Source of the DNA: an uncultured Nitrososphaeraceae archaeon | GTDB taxonomy: Archaea; Thermoproteota; Nitrososphaeria; Nitrososphaerales; Nitrososphaeraceae | Length of the DNA: 64,000 nucleotides | Reading direction: 5' to 3' | NCBI GenBank assembly: GCA_963825865.1 | Contig: CAWGVG010000003.1 | Location: 179,418-243,417 of the forward strand | Part shown: positions 23,436 to 35,212 of the stretch, piece by piece | Layout: each line of letters begins with the position of its first letter | How positions within the stretch are numbered: the first letter of the stretch is position 1 | Translations under genes and position numbers: made by a program | The notes under the pieces: generated by a model | Seen by the model: the letters and a program-made list of their open reading frames with translations, nothing else | Database searches by the model: none | Told to the model about the DNA's origin: nothing

Positions 23436-24569
23436 TTAACTGCTTGAAGAAGATTTGATATTATCACTGTTAATCCTTGATTGTTCTATAACGTCTTCCA
23501 TTTGATTTTGAAGTCTATTCTCGTTGCTAATCGTCAAAAATTCTATAGCCTTCAAATAATCTTCCAAAAGCTCGTTCTCGGTTGCTCTGTAATAGGAGCC
23601 AGAAATACCTATGGAGTGGCCCATCAGTTTCTCAATGTTTATTGGCTTCATCCCAGAGATTTCGCAACGAGTCTTGAACCACTTACGGAAACCATGATCA
23701 GCCTGAAACTCATGTCTCCTCTTACCATCCTCAAGCTTTTTTCTAAGCCCTTGAATCCAAAGTGCATCTTCCATCAACCTCTTTACACCTGATGATTTTA
23801 GCTTCTTTGGTGAATCAATAAAACCACGTTTGAATCCTTGTTTGGTATTCCACATATTCCTTAGAACCCAACTATTTCCATCAATTGCCTCTCCAGACTC
23901 TCTGCGATAGTTCATCCATTTTTCTAACTCATGATATGCTTCTGGAGTTATGAAACTAAAGTATTCTTCCTCATCTTCTGCATATACAATTATTTTAGCT
24001 GCTATGATTTTTCCATTCCTCTTGGCAGGGTGTATATCTTTCCATCTAAGGTAATCCCACGCACCAAGTCTAATGCCAGAAGAAGACATGGTGCAAACAA
24101 TTGCTTTTATTCGCCTATCTGGATATTCAATTATTCTTTTTATATCTTCAATCGTTGGGGCTCTATCATAGGCATACTTTCTTCCCTTAGGTAATCCTCT
24201 TGTAATCTTCTTCCATGGTATGGATATATCATTCATTTCGCAGAACAACTTTATGGCCTTGACAAAATTATGAACAGTAGCTCCTGTGATCTCTTTTCTC
24301 TCTACTCTCTCTTTTTGTGCTTGCAGAAACCTCAGGATGCTATTCAGAAACCATTTACTGTTACTATTGCCATTTATTCTATCCATCTCTAATGCATTTC
24401 TGCACCTTTGTTGTATGTTCTCGCCTTCAAGGTTGATAAAGTCAAAGAATTTCGTTAGCCTATAGGTGTATTTTTGTTTGGTCACTTGTGAATTTATCGC
24501 AAACATGAATATACCGTAAGGATCTGAATCTACGTTCAGGCATCCTCCTATTACATTTTGTTCTTGCAT
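23436..24569 (-). CDS. Tyrosine recombinase/integrase
   Basis: SSGIRLGA, HGFRK, LMGH, SYY catalytic residues. Confidence 0.92.
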   Translation of the reverse strand: MQEQNVIGGCLNVDSDPYGIFMFAINSQVTKQKYTYRLTKFFDFINLEGENIQQRCRNALEMDRINGNSNSKWFLNSILRFLQAQKERVERKEITGATVHNFVKAIKLFCEMNDISIPWKKITRGLPKGRKYAYDRAPTIEDIKRIIEYPDRRIKAIVCTMSSSGIRLGAWDYLRWKDIHPAKRNGKIIAAKIIVYAEDEEEYFSFITPEAYHELEKWMNYRRESGEAIDGNSWVLRNMWNTKQGFKRGFIDSPKKLKSSGVKRLMEDALWIQGLRKKLEDGKRRHEFQADHGFRKWFKTRCEISGMKPINIEKLMGHSIGISGSYYRATENELLEDYLKAIEFLTISNENRLQNQMEDVIEQSRINSDNIKSSSSS

Positions 24570-24617
24570 TCTATTTTTTCTTTTTCCTAGAACCCTATTT
24601 GAGAACTAATACCAATG

Positions 24618-24641
24618 TGGGCCGAAAGGGAGTTGAACCCT
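24618..24641 (-). other. tRNA 3'-end-like remnant (candidate att site)
   Basis: Reverse complement agggttcaactccctttcggccca = T-arm plus acceptor 3' strand, ~50 bp upstream of the integrase; 5' half absent. Confidence 0.55.
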
Positions 24642-24944
24642 GCATATAAATGGGTTCAGCATATTCCATGGTATGGGCTATAATAAAGGATGATCTCGAT
24701 ACTTTACTTGTCTATTTGAAGTTTATAGGTAATATCTGCGAAATGAGGATTAGTGCCAGGTGAGGTGAGGGCGCCTGTTGGGGTGACACGAACATTGTAA
24801 AAGATTGTATGCTCCCCAGGAGGCAGTGGCTTCAGAAAGACCCACCATCCTTGACTTACCGCGCGCCATGCTCCTGTCACTTGGTTTGCGATATCGGTGT
24901 CAGCTGGTATCGTAAGGTTAAATCCCTTTGAGTAGAAATCGTTA

Positions 24945-26638
24945 ATGTTAGTTTATTTTGGGCCTCTCAGCGATGTCCTAGTTAGAACTATCCAAGGGTC
25001 TAACCCGAGGTTTACGATAGGAGTCTTTGGTGACTGGGGTACTGGAAAAACAACATTGATGAGGCTTATTCAGAAACAACTTCAGGAAAAAAATGATGAA
25101 ACAAAAATGGTAACCGTATGGTTCAATGCCTGGAGATACGAACGAGAAGAGCAATTTGCAGTTATACCTCTTCTCAAGACTATTGCATACGCTATTCCTG
25201 ATAATGTAGGAGAATTAAAGGGCCTCAAACAAAAAATCAAGAGGGCTGGGATGAATGTTTTAAAAGGACTTCCAGACGTTATCCCTTCGCTTGTTAAGCA
25301 ATATTTCGGTGAAGTGGGAGAAAAGGTTACAGAGGATGCGGTCAATAAATTTAAAGCAGAATTCATCCCAAAATTCGAACTTCTAACAGAAGTAGATAGA
25401 GAGACAATCTATTATGATGGTTTAGAACTGATTAGCAATGAGTTATCTAAAATTAGGACCAAACCCGGGTACAGAAACGTTTAGGATTGTAATATTCATT
25501 GATGACCTAGATAGATGCTCTCCTAAAAGAGCATTAGAGGTATTTGAGTCTGTAAAAGTCTTTCTAGATGTGGAGGGTTTTATTTTCGTTATGGGTCTTA
25601 GTCTTACCACTATGGCCAAATTAGTTGAAAAGGAGTACGAGGGTACGGATATCAAAGGGCGAGATTATATACGTAAAATTATCCAAACTCCTATTTTTCT
25701 GCCAGCATGGAAAGTCGGTGATACTATCAGCGTTATTAAGGATCTGATTGATGGAAATCGATTGGGTGGAGCATATGCGAATTTTATTGCTGAAAGAAAA
25801 GATATTCTAGCAACCATTATTGAACCCAATCCAAGAGAAATAAAGCGGTTTATTAATGACTTTCTGATAACGTCTGAATTGTCTGAATTATCTGAACCTA
25901 AATTAGATAAGGAAGCACTTATCCTTATTCGAGCACTTCAATTCAGATGGGATGTTTTTTATGAAAAGTTTATGTCTGATGGGAATTTCAGGTCGGCTAT
26001 AATTGCCGTTTCTTCTCTACATGTGAATTTAGAGTATTTGAACAATTACTTGAACGAAGAGGACTTTGGACGGAGAGGGATGATGATGAGTATAATGTTA
26101 TATCCAACAAGGAGAACCTTGAATATCGGGCAAACGGAAGAGGAACTAAAAGAGAAGATGGAGGCAAACCGGCGAGATATCGAATCCGCTAAGAGAATGT
26201 GGAAGGACCAGGAGAAGTCAAGGAAGGAAAAAGAGCGTGACATACAGTACATACCATTAGGTAGCGCGAAAACGCTAGATGAAGTAAGAGAGGAGAGAAA
26301 TGAAGCAAGAGATCAGACGGAGAAATTTCTGAGAGATGACAGCGAACGCATAAAGAAATTGGAAGAAGAGTACGGTGAAATGCAACGGAGGGCCTCAGAA
26401 GAAGAAAGTGCTCTCAGAATCGAATACGGAGAGTTGGAATAGTATTAGTACGGCGCTGAAAGACAATATAGATATACTCGACGCGTATAAAGCCGAGGTT
26501 AATGAGATAGAGTCTCGGTTATGGGAAGTTTTAGTCCAGAGTAGCAAAAACTTTTCTACGATAACGAATTGGGATGATTACAGACGTGTAATGGGGATAG
26601 CCAGTCATAAAAAGATAGATGTGATTACTCAAAAATGA
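24945..26638 (+). CDS. KAP-family P-loop NTPase with C-terminal coiled coil (frameshifted)
   Basis: IGVFGDWGTGKT, VWFNAWRY, IVIFIDDLDRC, YIRKIIQ, NPREIKRFIN. Confidence 0.88.
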
Positions 26639-26856
26639 GGCTGACTAGGCTACTACTCTTTTAATATTCGCGCTCACTCATCTCGTCTCATCTTATCGAT
26701 AATATAGAGCATTCTTATGAGTCATTTAATTATTTATTTTTTCTAATTAATGCTAAATATTAAACCTCCTGGATACTGCTGTAGGATTTCCTATTATACC
26801 CTCAGCGTGCGGATTACCAGTTTCAGTGCTACCTTTGATTATTTATTAGAGAAAGT

Positions 26857-28360
26857 TTGCTCAAAAACTATGTAATTTATGAAGTTGATAATAACAAGAA
26901 AATCAAGAAATTGGCAAAGCATCAACAGTACAGAGTAGTTACAAAAGCAGTTGAAAGACTAAATCTAGAAGAGGAAGAAAATATTGCAGACAAAGGTGGC
27001 GTAATATGGCATACACAAGGATCAGGTAAATCGCTTTCTATGCTCTGGCTTGCAACTCAATTAATGTATAGGTTTGGAAATCCACCCATTGTAATAGTTA
27101 CTGATAGAACACAATTAGACGAACAAATCCATGGAACTTTCAAGGCTTGTGGATTTCCAGATCCTATACCAGCTAGAAGTAGGAAGCATCTTCAATCCTT
27201 GCTTAGCAATCCCAGAGGCAAAACTATAATGACTACTATTCAGAAATTTGGCTCTAAAGAAAACCACATTCATACAGATGAGAAAGTTATTGCTCTTGTA
27301 GATGAAGCGCACAGAACACAGTACAAATTCAATGCAGAAGCCATGAGATCAGCCATGCCAAATGCAGTATTCTTTGCATTTAGTGGAACTCCAATAGACA
27401 AGAAAAACAAAAGCACCTACAACGTTTTTGGCCCTCTGCTTGATAAATATTCCTTTGAAGAATCAAAAAATGATGGTGCCACATTAAAGATTATGTATGA
27501 AGACAGGATGCCAGATCTTTATGTGGAAGGAGCAGATAGCATAGACCATATCTTTGAACGTGTTTTTTCAGACCTTGATCAAGATACTAAACACAGACTC
27601 AAAAAAGAGTATGTGACAAAAGAGAAAATATCAGAAGCCCCTGCAAGAATCAGAAAGATTTGCCTTGATTTAGTAAATCATTATAGCTTCACATATTCAA
27701 CCCAATGGGTACAAGGCAATGGTAGTTGCAACTTCAAGGGAAGCTGCTGTTACTTACAAAAGGGAATTGGACAAGCTCAATGCACCCAGATCCAAGATTA
27801 TTATGACATCCCATCTGGGTGAAAAAGGTAAAGATGGAAGCAGCTGGGATGAATATTACCTTACTTCTGAGCAACGTGAAGAGGAAGCTGATAGGTTCAA
27901 AGATCCAAATGATGCAACTAAAATTCTAATAGTAGTTGATATGCTTCTTGTAGGCTATGATGTTCCAATAGTCCAGGTCATGTATTTAGATAAAGGGTTA
28001 AGGGAGCATACTTTACTTCAAGCAATAGCCAGAGTAAACAGATTATATGATGTACGAAAAACATATGGATTGATAGTTGATTATTGTGGAATAACAAAAG
28101 ATCTACAAAAAGCACTTGCCATATTTGAAGAAGAAGATATCAAAGGAGCGTTAGAGCCAGCAGAGAAAGAGCTGGAAGAGTTGAAGAACAGACACCAAGA
28201 AGTAATGTCATTTTTCACAGATATTGACAAAGAAATGATGATGCAATAATTGAAAAGTTTGAACCTGTAAACGTCAGAGATGACTTTGAATATGCATTTA
28301 AGATGTTTTCAAAAGCACTAGATATTATCCTTCCAAGAAAGGAAGCAGATCCATATATTC
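26857..28360 (+). pseudogene. hsdR: Type I restriction enzyme R subunit, internal fragment
   Basis: HQQYRVV, GGVIWHTQGSGKS, VTDRTQLD, DEAHRTQY, FSGTPI, DMLLVGYD, LLQAIARVNR. Confidence 0.9.
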
Positions 28361-28753
28361 CCTGTATAAGAAATCTTCGAATTTGTGCTTTGGACATTTC
28401 TGTCATTATTATTATTATTATTATTATTATTTATCTTGCCTGTTGTAATAGTATGGAGATAGAAGATAAAATTCTAAAAAGTTTGCTACGCCACTATCAT
28501 TCACATATTCTCTATCTTATTGCTACCTGTACCAACGTATCATAGGCTAGTTTTACATATCAGCAGCCGACAGCTAACGGCTTCTAGTGTCGCCTGTCAA
28601 GTTAACAGAACCATTTAGATAACTTAATTTATTAAAAAGACCAGCAGGAGATGTGTGGCATCGATTAAGAACGATAATAATAATAATTAGCATATTTGTC
28701 CTCACTCAGACTCTAGCAGCGAGTGGTCATCAGCAGAATATGCTTTAGAATAC

Positions 28754-29386
28754 TTGGAAATTGCAGAGAAAATTCCACACAAGAATGAAGGAGAAAAAGT
28801 TCTTCTTGAATATATTCCAGCAGATACAAAAAGAATACTTGATTTAGGAACAGGAGATGGTAGACTAATCAAACTAATAAAGTCGAAGAAACAACAGCAA
28901 TTGTCCGCTTCCTCATCCACATCGTTGTCGTCATTAACCCCAGAAATTACAGTAGTTGATGTTTCACCTACCATGCTTGAAAAGGTAAGAATGTATTTTA
29001 AAAATGATAATAATGTAAGAATAATAGAACATGATCTTTCATATCCCATTTCTAATACTAAAATAGAAAGACAATTTGATGCCATAATTTCTGGACTTGC
29101 AATACATCATCTGACTCATGAGCGCAAATATTCGCTTTACAAGGAGGTTTATGACTTATTGAAGCCTGGAGGAGTATTTTGTAATTTAGACCATGTTGCT
29201 TCGCCGACGCCAAGCCTCCATAAACAATTCTTGGCAAAAACAGTATGCAAAAAAGAAGATAAGTCCAATAAATTATTAGACATGCAAACGCAGCTCAAAT
29301 GGTTGCAGGAAATTGGATTTATTGATGTAGATTGTTATTGGAAGTGGCTTGAACTGGCACTTTTGGTAGGAGTTAAACCAATTTGA
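28754..29386 (+). CDS. Class I SAM-dependent methyltransferase
   Basis: ILDLGTGDG, VDVSPTML, LAIHHL, LKPGGVF. Confidence 0.88.
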   Translation: MEIAEKIPHKNEGEKVLLEYIPADTKRILDLGTGDGRLIKLIKSKKQQQLSASSSTSLSSLTPEITVVDVSPTMLEKVRMYFKNDNNVRIIEHDLSYPISNTKIERQFDAIISGLAIHHLTHERKYSLYKEVYDLLKPGGVFCNLDHVASPTPSLHKQFLAKTVCKKEDKSNKLLDMQTQLKWLQEIGFIDVDCYWKWLELALLVGVKPI

Positions 29387-29488
29387 GTTCATTACTAACT
29401 AGATGATCTCAGCCATCTTCTAACAAATCCTTTTTCTTTGAAAGTGTCAAAAGTACATATATCGAGGATGGATTTAATTCATCTTTGA

Positions 29489-29647
29489 CTATACTTCAGG
29501 GCATGTTAGTTCCTGCCAGCACTCCAAACAGTAATCACCATTAACTTGGAAGATCTCTGATAATCTGTCTTCACAACGGTTGCAGTAAGGAGCAGAAAAG
29601 TAGTAATTGTTACCGCTACTATTATTTTTGTTGTTATCTTTGTTCAT
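29489..29647 (-). CDS. 52-aa Zn-finger microprotein
   Basis: MNKDNNKNNSSGNNYYFSAPYCNRCEDRLSEIFQVNGDYCLECWQELTCPEV. Confidence 0.6.
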   Translation of the reverse strand: MNKDNNKNNSSGNNYYFSAPYCNRCEDRLSEIFQVNGDYCLECWQELTCPEV

Positions 29648-29899
29648 TGCAATCATATATCGTATCTCAAAAGAAGGCTCAAAAGCGTTCCGTTGTGATG
29701 TATGTTGACCAATTGTAGTTAATGGTTGACCAACTTTTCTTTATTTCTCCTCTGCCAATTATTAATGACTATATTGCCAAACCCCAGAACAAAAATCAAG
29801 CATGGAAGATGACACGTCAGCAGTAGGCTACATAGCAACTATGTAGTAAATCTACTACCTACTTTTTAGGGAAAAGGTAAAGGTAGATCGAAAGGCGTT

Positions 29900-30391
29900 G
29901 TATCTTTTACAGGATGATGAGTATCTTTAGGTGTGCAGGCAATAATATCATCACTACTACATTTGTTGTGATCAGCAGCAACAACAACAGCATTAGCAGT
30001 AGTAGTAGCATTTGCTTGTTGCGATAATACTACTGGAAATGTACCTGGCTTTAATGTAACAGTAGTAGTACCTGGAGATTGTCCACGAGGAAAAGAGCTT
30101 TGAGGCGATACATTACTGTCGCTTGCACTACTCGTAAAATCTTTTGCAAAAATAGTTCCAACAATGTCATTTATTACATGTGGTTGTAATATTGGCAGCG
30201 ATACTTGAGTAGCAGATATAATTCCCTCTTGTGAACAGGTTGCATTGTTGTCTGGATGAGTACATATCAGGTTGTGTGGTTGTGGTGCAAATGATGATGT
30301 TGCTGCCTACTGCTAATGATCCTGTTGTAAAGATAAGAACAACTACTATTACTATTGCTGCGAGAGCTCTTATAGTAGTCGCGTTGTTCAT
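29900..30391 (-). pseudogene. Secreted Thr/Ala-rich protein fragments
   Basis: Signal-peptide-like start at 30391; low-complexity broken frames. Confidence 0.35.
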
Positions 30392-31074
30392 ATATCATCA
30401 AACAATATATCTGTATATTTGACTTGGGTAAGTTAATTTTGACTTATCTAGTATATTTATATAGAATATCAAATCAATTGAAATTATTCATTTAACTAAT
30501 AATACTATAATATGACAATGTGTTATTACTAAATAATAGAGTGTGAAGAATATGATTTGAGAAATTAATATTCTATATGAATGTGCGATTCTATCTAGTA
30601 ATTGTACCTTTTAATTAGATAGACATATTGTTCTAATACATAGAGAGAAAAGTTAAGCAATATATCCTATACATCTTTTTTTAAATTTGTTTATTGTATT
30701 GTACTTTTTATAAAAAATAAATGAGAAAGGCTTCTTATTCCTTCTCTTAAGCCATTTTGATTAATAGTTTAAAGTGATCCTGCCTACGATCCACTATTAA
30801 CCAGTGCCGGGCCGCTGCCGCTACCGCCGTGGTTGCCTGTTGTATCGGTCGCGATATTTTGAACAATAAAAAAGCAGTAGTATTGGCAGCAGTTATACAC
30901 TGTTTTAGAGGCCTTGAGAAATCGTCATGACAAACAACAGCTGCTAATTTATGACTCTTTCTATCCACTAAATAATAAAGGCGCTGCAGATATATTGGCC
31001 AAAATGATGTCTTCATCATCATAAGCGAACCCAGAAAATTATCTTTCTATGTCATTCCATCATTCTTATCAATA

Positions 31075-31509
31075 AACGTAAGACATATTCTAATCGGATA
31101 CGCTGGCAGAGTAAGCATGTTTGATATTTTTAGAAAATATATTGTAGGAGACGTAGTCATTAGACGTAGCAAAGACCCTTATACTCCGGAAAATTTCATA
31201 TCTGAATCATCCCAGTCGGTTAGGCGCTTCAATAAGCTAGTATGTGACCAAGATTCTTTCTTTGAAGTATTAGTAGCAAAACATCAAGGAAAAAATTCAG
31301 AACTATATCATATCGATTTTAATGGTAAACCCAACTTAGTAAACTATAAGGCTATTGGTAGTGGTGAAGCGACAGCAAATAATTCTTGCGCAGTGTTGCC
31401 ACATAAGGAAATTAAAATGAAGGATTTCCTAAAACATGCTTATTTTGCCATTGAATTTATGAACCAAGAAACAACAAACAAGATAGTATCGTCGAATGAG
31501 TGCGTATAG
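31075..31509 (+). pseudogene. Proteasome-beta/Ntn-hydrolase-like fragment
   Basis: In-frame upstream HILIGYAG, then LYHIDFNG and YKAIGSG; N-terminal Thr region absent. Confidence 0.5.
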
Positions 31510-31578
31510 CTGTAATCTCTCAATTACGCAAAAGATCTATTGAATATGGTTTCTTGATAGTTTGTTTATTATTGCTAC

Positions 31579-31809
31579 TTAACTAGTGCGTCGAGTATTT
31601 CTATATTCTCTATTGTCATAGGTTTTTCTTGATGAAGGCGGACTGTCATTCTCATGCCCCGGGTGTGATCTTATATGGTACCAATATCTTGAATTTTCAA
31701 TTGCATTTTTGCAAATAGGGCAGTTTCCATAACCACATTTATGATATCCTATAAAGTTTGGATGAATTGTTAGACCGCATTCACTACATTTGTTATGGTT
31801 ATATTTCAA
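31579..31809 (-). CDS. Small double Zn-finger protein
   Basis: CSEC..HKC; CPIC..HIRSH. Confidence 0.55.
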   Translation of the reverse strand: MKYNHNKCSECGLTIHPNFIGYHKCGYGNCPICKNAIENSRYWYHIRSHPGHENDSPPSSRKTYDNREYRNTRRTS

Positions 31810-32028
31810 AAGGTGTTCAGTATTGATTACACTATGTGCAATTAGAACGTATTAGTCAAGTGCAATTAGAACATAAGTGATAGGTACAGACATTATTCGC
31901 AGTAGTGTAGATACTTACTTCATCTTGTTTCCTATTGCCCCATTGATTATAGATAGAAGAGGTATCTAAAGGGGTTTTTCTATATATATCTATTATAATT
32001 TTATATTATATTGCAACTCTAATATATT

Positions 32029-33106
32029 GTGCAACGCAGCGAAATAACAGGTAAGGAAGCTGAACTATATATTAAACTTCCAAATGGCAGGATGAAATGT
32101 ACCTGCCTGCGCTAGGCTATGTGAAATTCCAGAAGGCAAAACAGGATTGTGCGGTATTAGAGGAGTCACAAATAACAAATTATATTTATACGTATATGGT
32201 AGAGTTATTGCAGGTCATATAGACCCGATAGAGAAAAAGCCTGTGACACATTACAGACCAGGTACAGCGATTTATTCTATAGCCACAACAGGATGCAATT
32301 GGCTATGTAAATATTGTCAGAATTATGATATTTCTCAAAGGCGTAAAGTAGAAGGTGTTGAAATGACTCCTGCAAGAAGTCATTCAGAATGCTGAACGTT
32401 ATGGTACGCATGGTATTGCCTATACGTATAATGAACCTTCTATCTTCATTGAATTTGCAGAAGATTGTGGAATTGAGGCCCATAAAAAAGGTATTTTTAA
32501 CATTTTTGTTTCAAATGGCTACGACACTCCTGAATCTGTCAATATGATGAGCAAATTCTTGGATTGCATAACAGTAGACTTCAAGGGAAGTGGCAAGCAG
32601 GAGTTTGTAAGACAGTACATAGGAATTCCAAGTGCTGAACCAATTTTCCAGACTTTAAAAGCAATTAAGGACAAGACAAAGATTCACACCGAAATTACAG
32701 ATCTTATTGTTCCCCAGGTTGGTGATGACTTAGGAAGCTGCCAAGAAGATTGTGTAGATTTATTTATAATGAACTTGGACCTGATACTCCAATTCACTTT
32801 TTGAGGTTCCATCCAGATTACAAAATGATGGAGTTTGGTATGACGCCAGTTGAAACATTGGAGAAGCATCATGCTATTGCAAAAGAGGAAGGTTTGAAGT
32901 ATGCATATCTAGGAAATGTTCCAGGTCATCCATTAGAACACACTTACTGTCCTGAATGCAAAAGCATTGCTATAGAACGTCATGGATATAACATAGGTTC
33001 ATGGAATCTTGATAATAATAACTGTTGTAAAAAATGTGGTTATCCTCTTCCTATAATAGGAAAGCTAAATAGAAGCAGAAAGAATTTGTTTCAAATCATT
33101 CAGTAA
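32029..33106 (+). CDS. amrS: AmmeMemoRadiSam system radical SAM enzyme (frameshifted)
   Basis: [60 protein letters not shown]. Confidence 0.88.
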
Positions 33107-33404
33107 TAATTCTAGATTATTATAATCTGTCGAGACATTACTTCAAAAACATAACTCTTTCAAAAAGATACTAGATTAGGTGTTACTGAGTTTTTCTTAG
33201 ATTTATGGCTTGGCTAATGTCTTTCCTCAATAACGAATATTGTAATGATCGAGTGTGTATTATAACAAGGCCTAATCACAATATTGCTATCAAACCCATA
33301 ATTTAATGAGAATAACCAAAAAATATGTGTCTGTGTCTATGCGGTCAAACTACTTTCAACATATGGTGGCAAATAGGCATATGACGGGGAGTGATCCTCC
33401 AAAT

Positions 33405-33662
33405 TTATAGGTGTTGCACTAAAGATATTAAATGCTCAATATACATCTTATAGCCTAAAGCATTTGTCAAATCTTCATCTATTATCAACAATTCCATTTT
33501 ATCAATAGCTTCTTTCAAAATATCTGAATGTATCAGGCGATTTTGCTTCCTGAGTTTATCTAAATTATTATTCATTTCCTTTTGTAATTCTGGAACTTCT
33601 AGCTTTTGTTTTAAATTTTTAAATCGCCTTAACTGTTCATTTATAGGATCGTTAGTAGACAA
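33405..33662 (-). CDS. Hypothetical helical protein
   Basis: Open frame only. Confidence 0.35.
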   Translation of the reverse strand: MSTNDPINEQLRRFKNLKQKLEVPELQKEMNNNLDKLRKQNRLIHSDILKEAIDKMELLIIDEDLTNALGYKMYIEHLISLVQHL

Positions 33663-34194
33663 CAGGAATCATAGATCCTAATATAGGTAAAAGCCTTGTT
33701 GCACTTATTATAACAAATAAAGTACTTTCGCAGCTAAAGAAGAAGTATTGTTATTTCTTCCTACAATGAATGCCCAAAGCTTGAAACCGATAGATCTTCC
33801 TGAAACTTTTCCAACAAGACTATAATGATGCTTCTCAAATGATTTCTCATTTAGCTCTTCATATCTTCTCTTTTTCCCAATAGGAGGCATGATTCTGTCA
33901 TGATAACAAATAGACCTAGAAGTGGCGGCAGACCACCAGAAGTGTCGGAAAAGAAATTCTATTTACGGAATTGGGTGCAATTCTATTTTTCAAATGAATC
34001 GCGTAAACAAGTAAATGAAATAAAACAGATTTTAAACAAGTTAAGCCAAAATGAAAATGAACAAACCATTGCCATTTTTAGATGAAAAGATATGGGTTTT
34101 AGATCTATGTTTGGTTATTAAATTCTGACCTTGGTTTACTAGATATGCCAAGAATTTATCGTAAAGTAAATCTGCCGGTACTTTGGAATTGCCG

Positions 34195-34340
34195 GGTATA
34201 GCATTTTGTTCTTTGGATATTTCAATTACCTTATGTGCTGTTACAAAAAGAAATTCTGCATCCTTATCAATGAAATTTTTTATAAGCCAAGGACAGGCTA
34301 TTCTGTCAACTTTTGCATGTTCTCTTGTTATCCATTTCAT
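34195..34340 (-). pseudogene. ChrB (chromate resistance) domain N-terminal fragment
   Basis: MKWITREHAKVDRIACPWLIKNFIDKDAEFLFV..AIP, then unrelated sequence. Confidence 0.78.
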
Positions 34341-34515
34341 GATATTGCACTGCTTTTGAAATTATAAATGTTCGAATGACTGTAGTTTTGCACTTAAAAT
34401 ATTGTGTATAAAATTTATTATAATCAAGAATAATATGGATAGCCAATTTTGACATAATCTTTGGGCGCGAAACAAAAGTAATAATTTGCATTTTTTGTTA
34501 CTGCCCATTCACTTA

Positions 34516-34800
34516 CTAGATTTGTTTAGTTAATGGTAGACTAAATGCAAATGTTGCTCCTTTACCATCGGTATTGTTCTCACCCCACATCTTGCCCCCA
34601 TGAGCTTCCACGATACTTTTCGAGATAAACAAACCTAAGCCGGTACCTGCAACTGATTTTGATACAAACTTTGTAAACAATCTAGGAAATATTTCAGGAT
34701 CTATTCCTGTGCCCGTATCCTTCACGCTAACTATGGCATCCTTGTAATCCATCTTTTCTGCCGCTGCTGCTGCCAATAGTTATAGTACCTTCTTTTGTAA
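34516..34800 (-). pseudogene. Sensor histidine kinase HATPase C-terminal fragment
   Basis: VKDTGTGI..LFTKF..GTGLGLFISKSIVEAHGG..GATFAFSLP. Confidence 0.88.
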
Positions 34801-35212
34801 ATTGGATGGCTCAAATATTGCTACATAAGATAAAACTCCTGCTCTGCTATTAGAGTATGAGGTCCAAGACCGGACCAACAACAAAAGTCATCACCGGATT
34901 ATAATACTGAAGCTAATGCAGATATCATAATAGGTGAAGCTGAAAGCTTTTCTATAAACTAATAAAAGATAGTATAAACAATATTCCTATCGAATATCCT
35001 TTTAGGAAACCATCATCGTTGAGGTATAAAGAGCACAGATAGCAGGTTTTCATTTTATGACCAATGCAAAACAGGATTCAACAACTTCGGGAAAAAGGCA
35101 GAAACCGTGACTTTTAGTATAGGATAGTTTCGTTTCTACCGTTGAGATTTAGTTATATCTATTGAGAGCATTCTATTTTTAAGAACCGTATCTTTGATCT
35201 TGAAAAATCTCT

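Noticed and set aside
21596-24569. Casposon or pipolin assignment
   Set aside because: No Cas1 or TIRs, and PolB motifs look canonical rather than protein-primed; phylogeny needed
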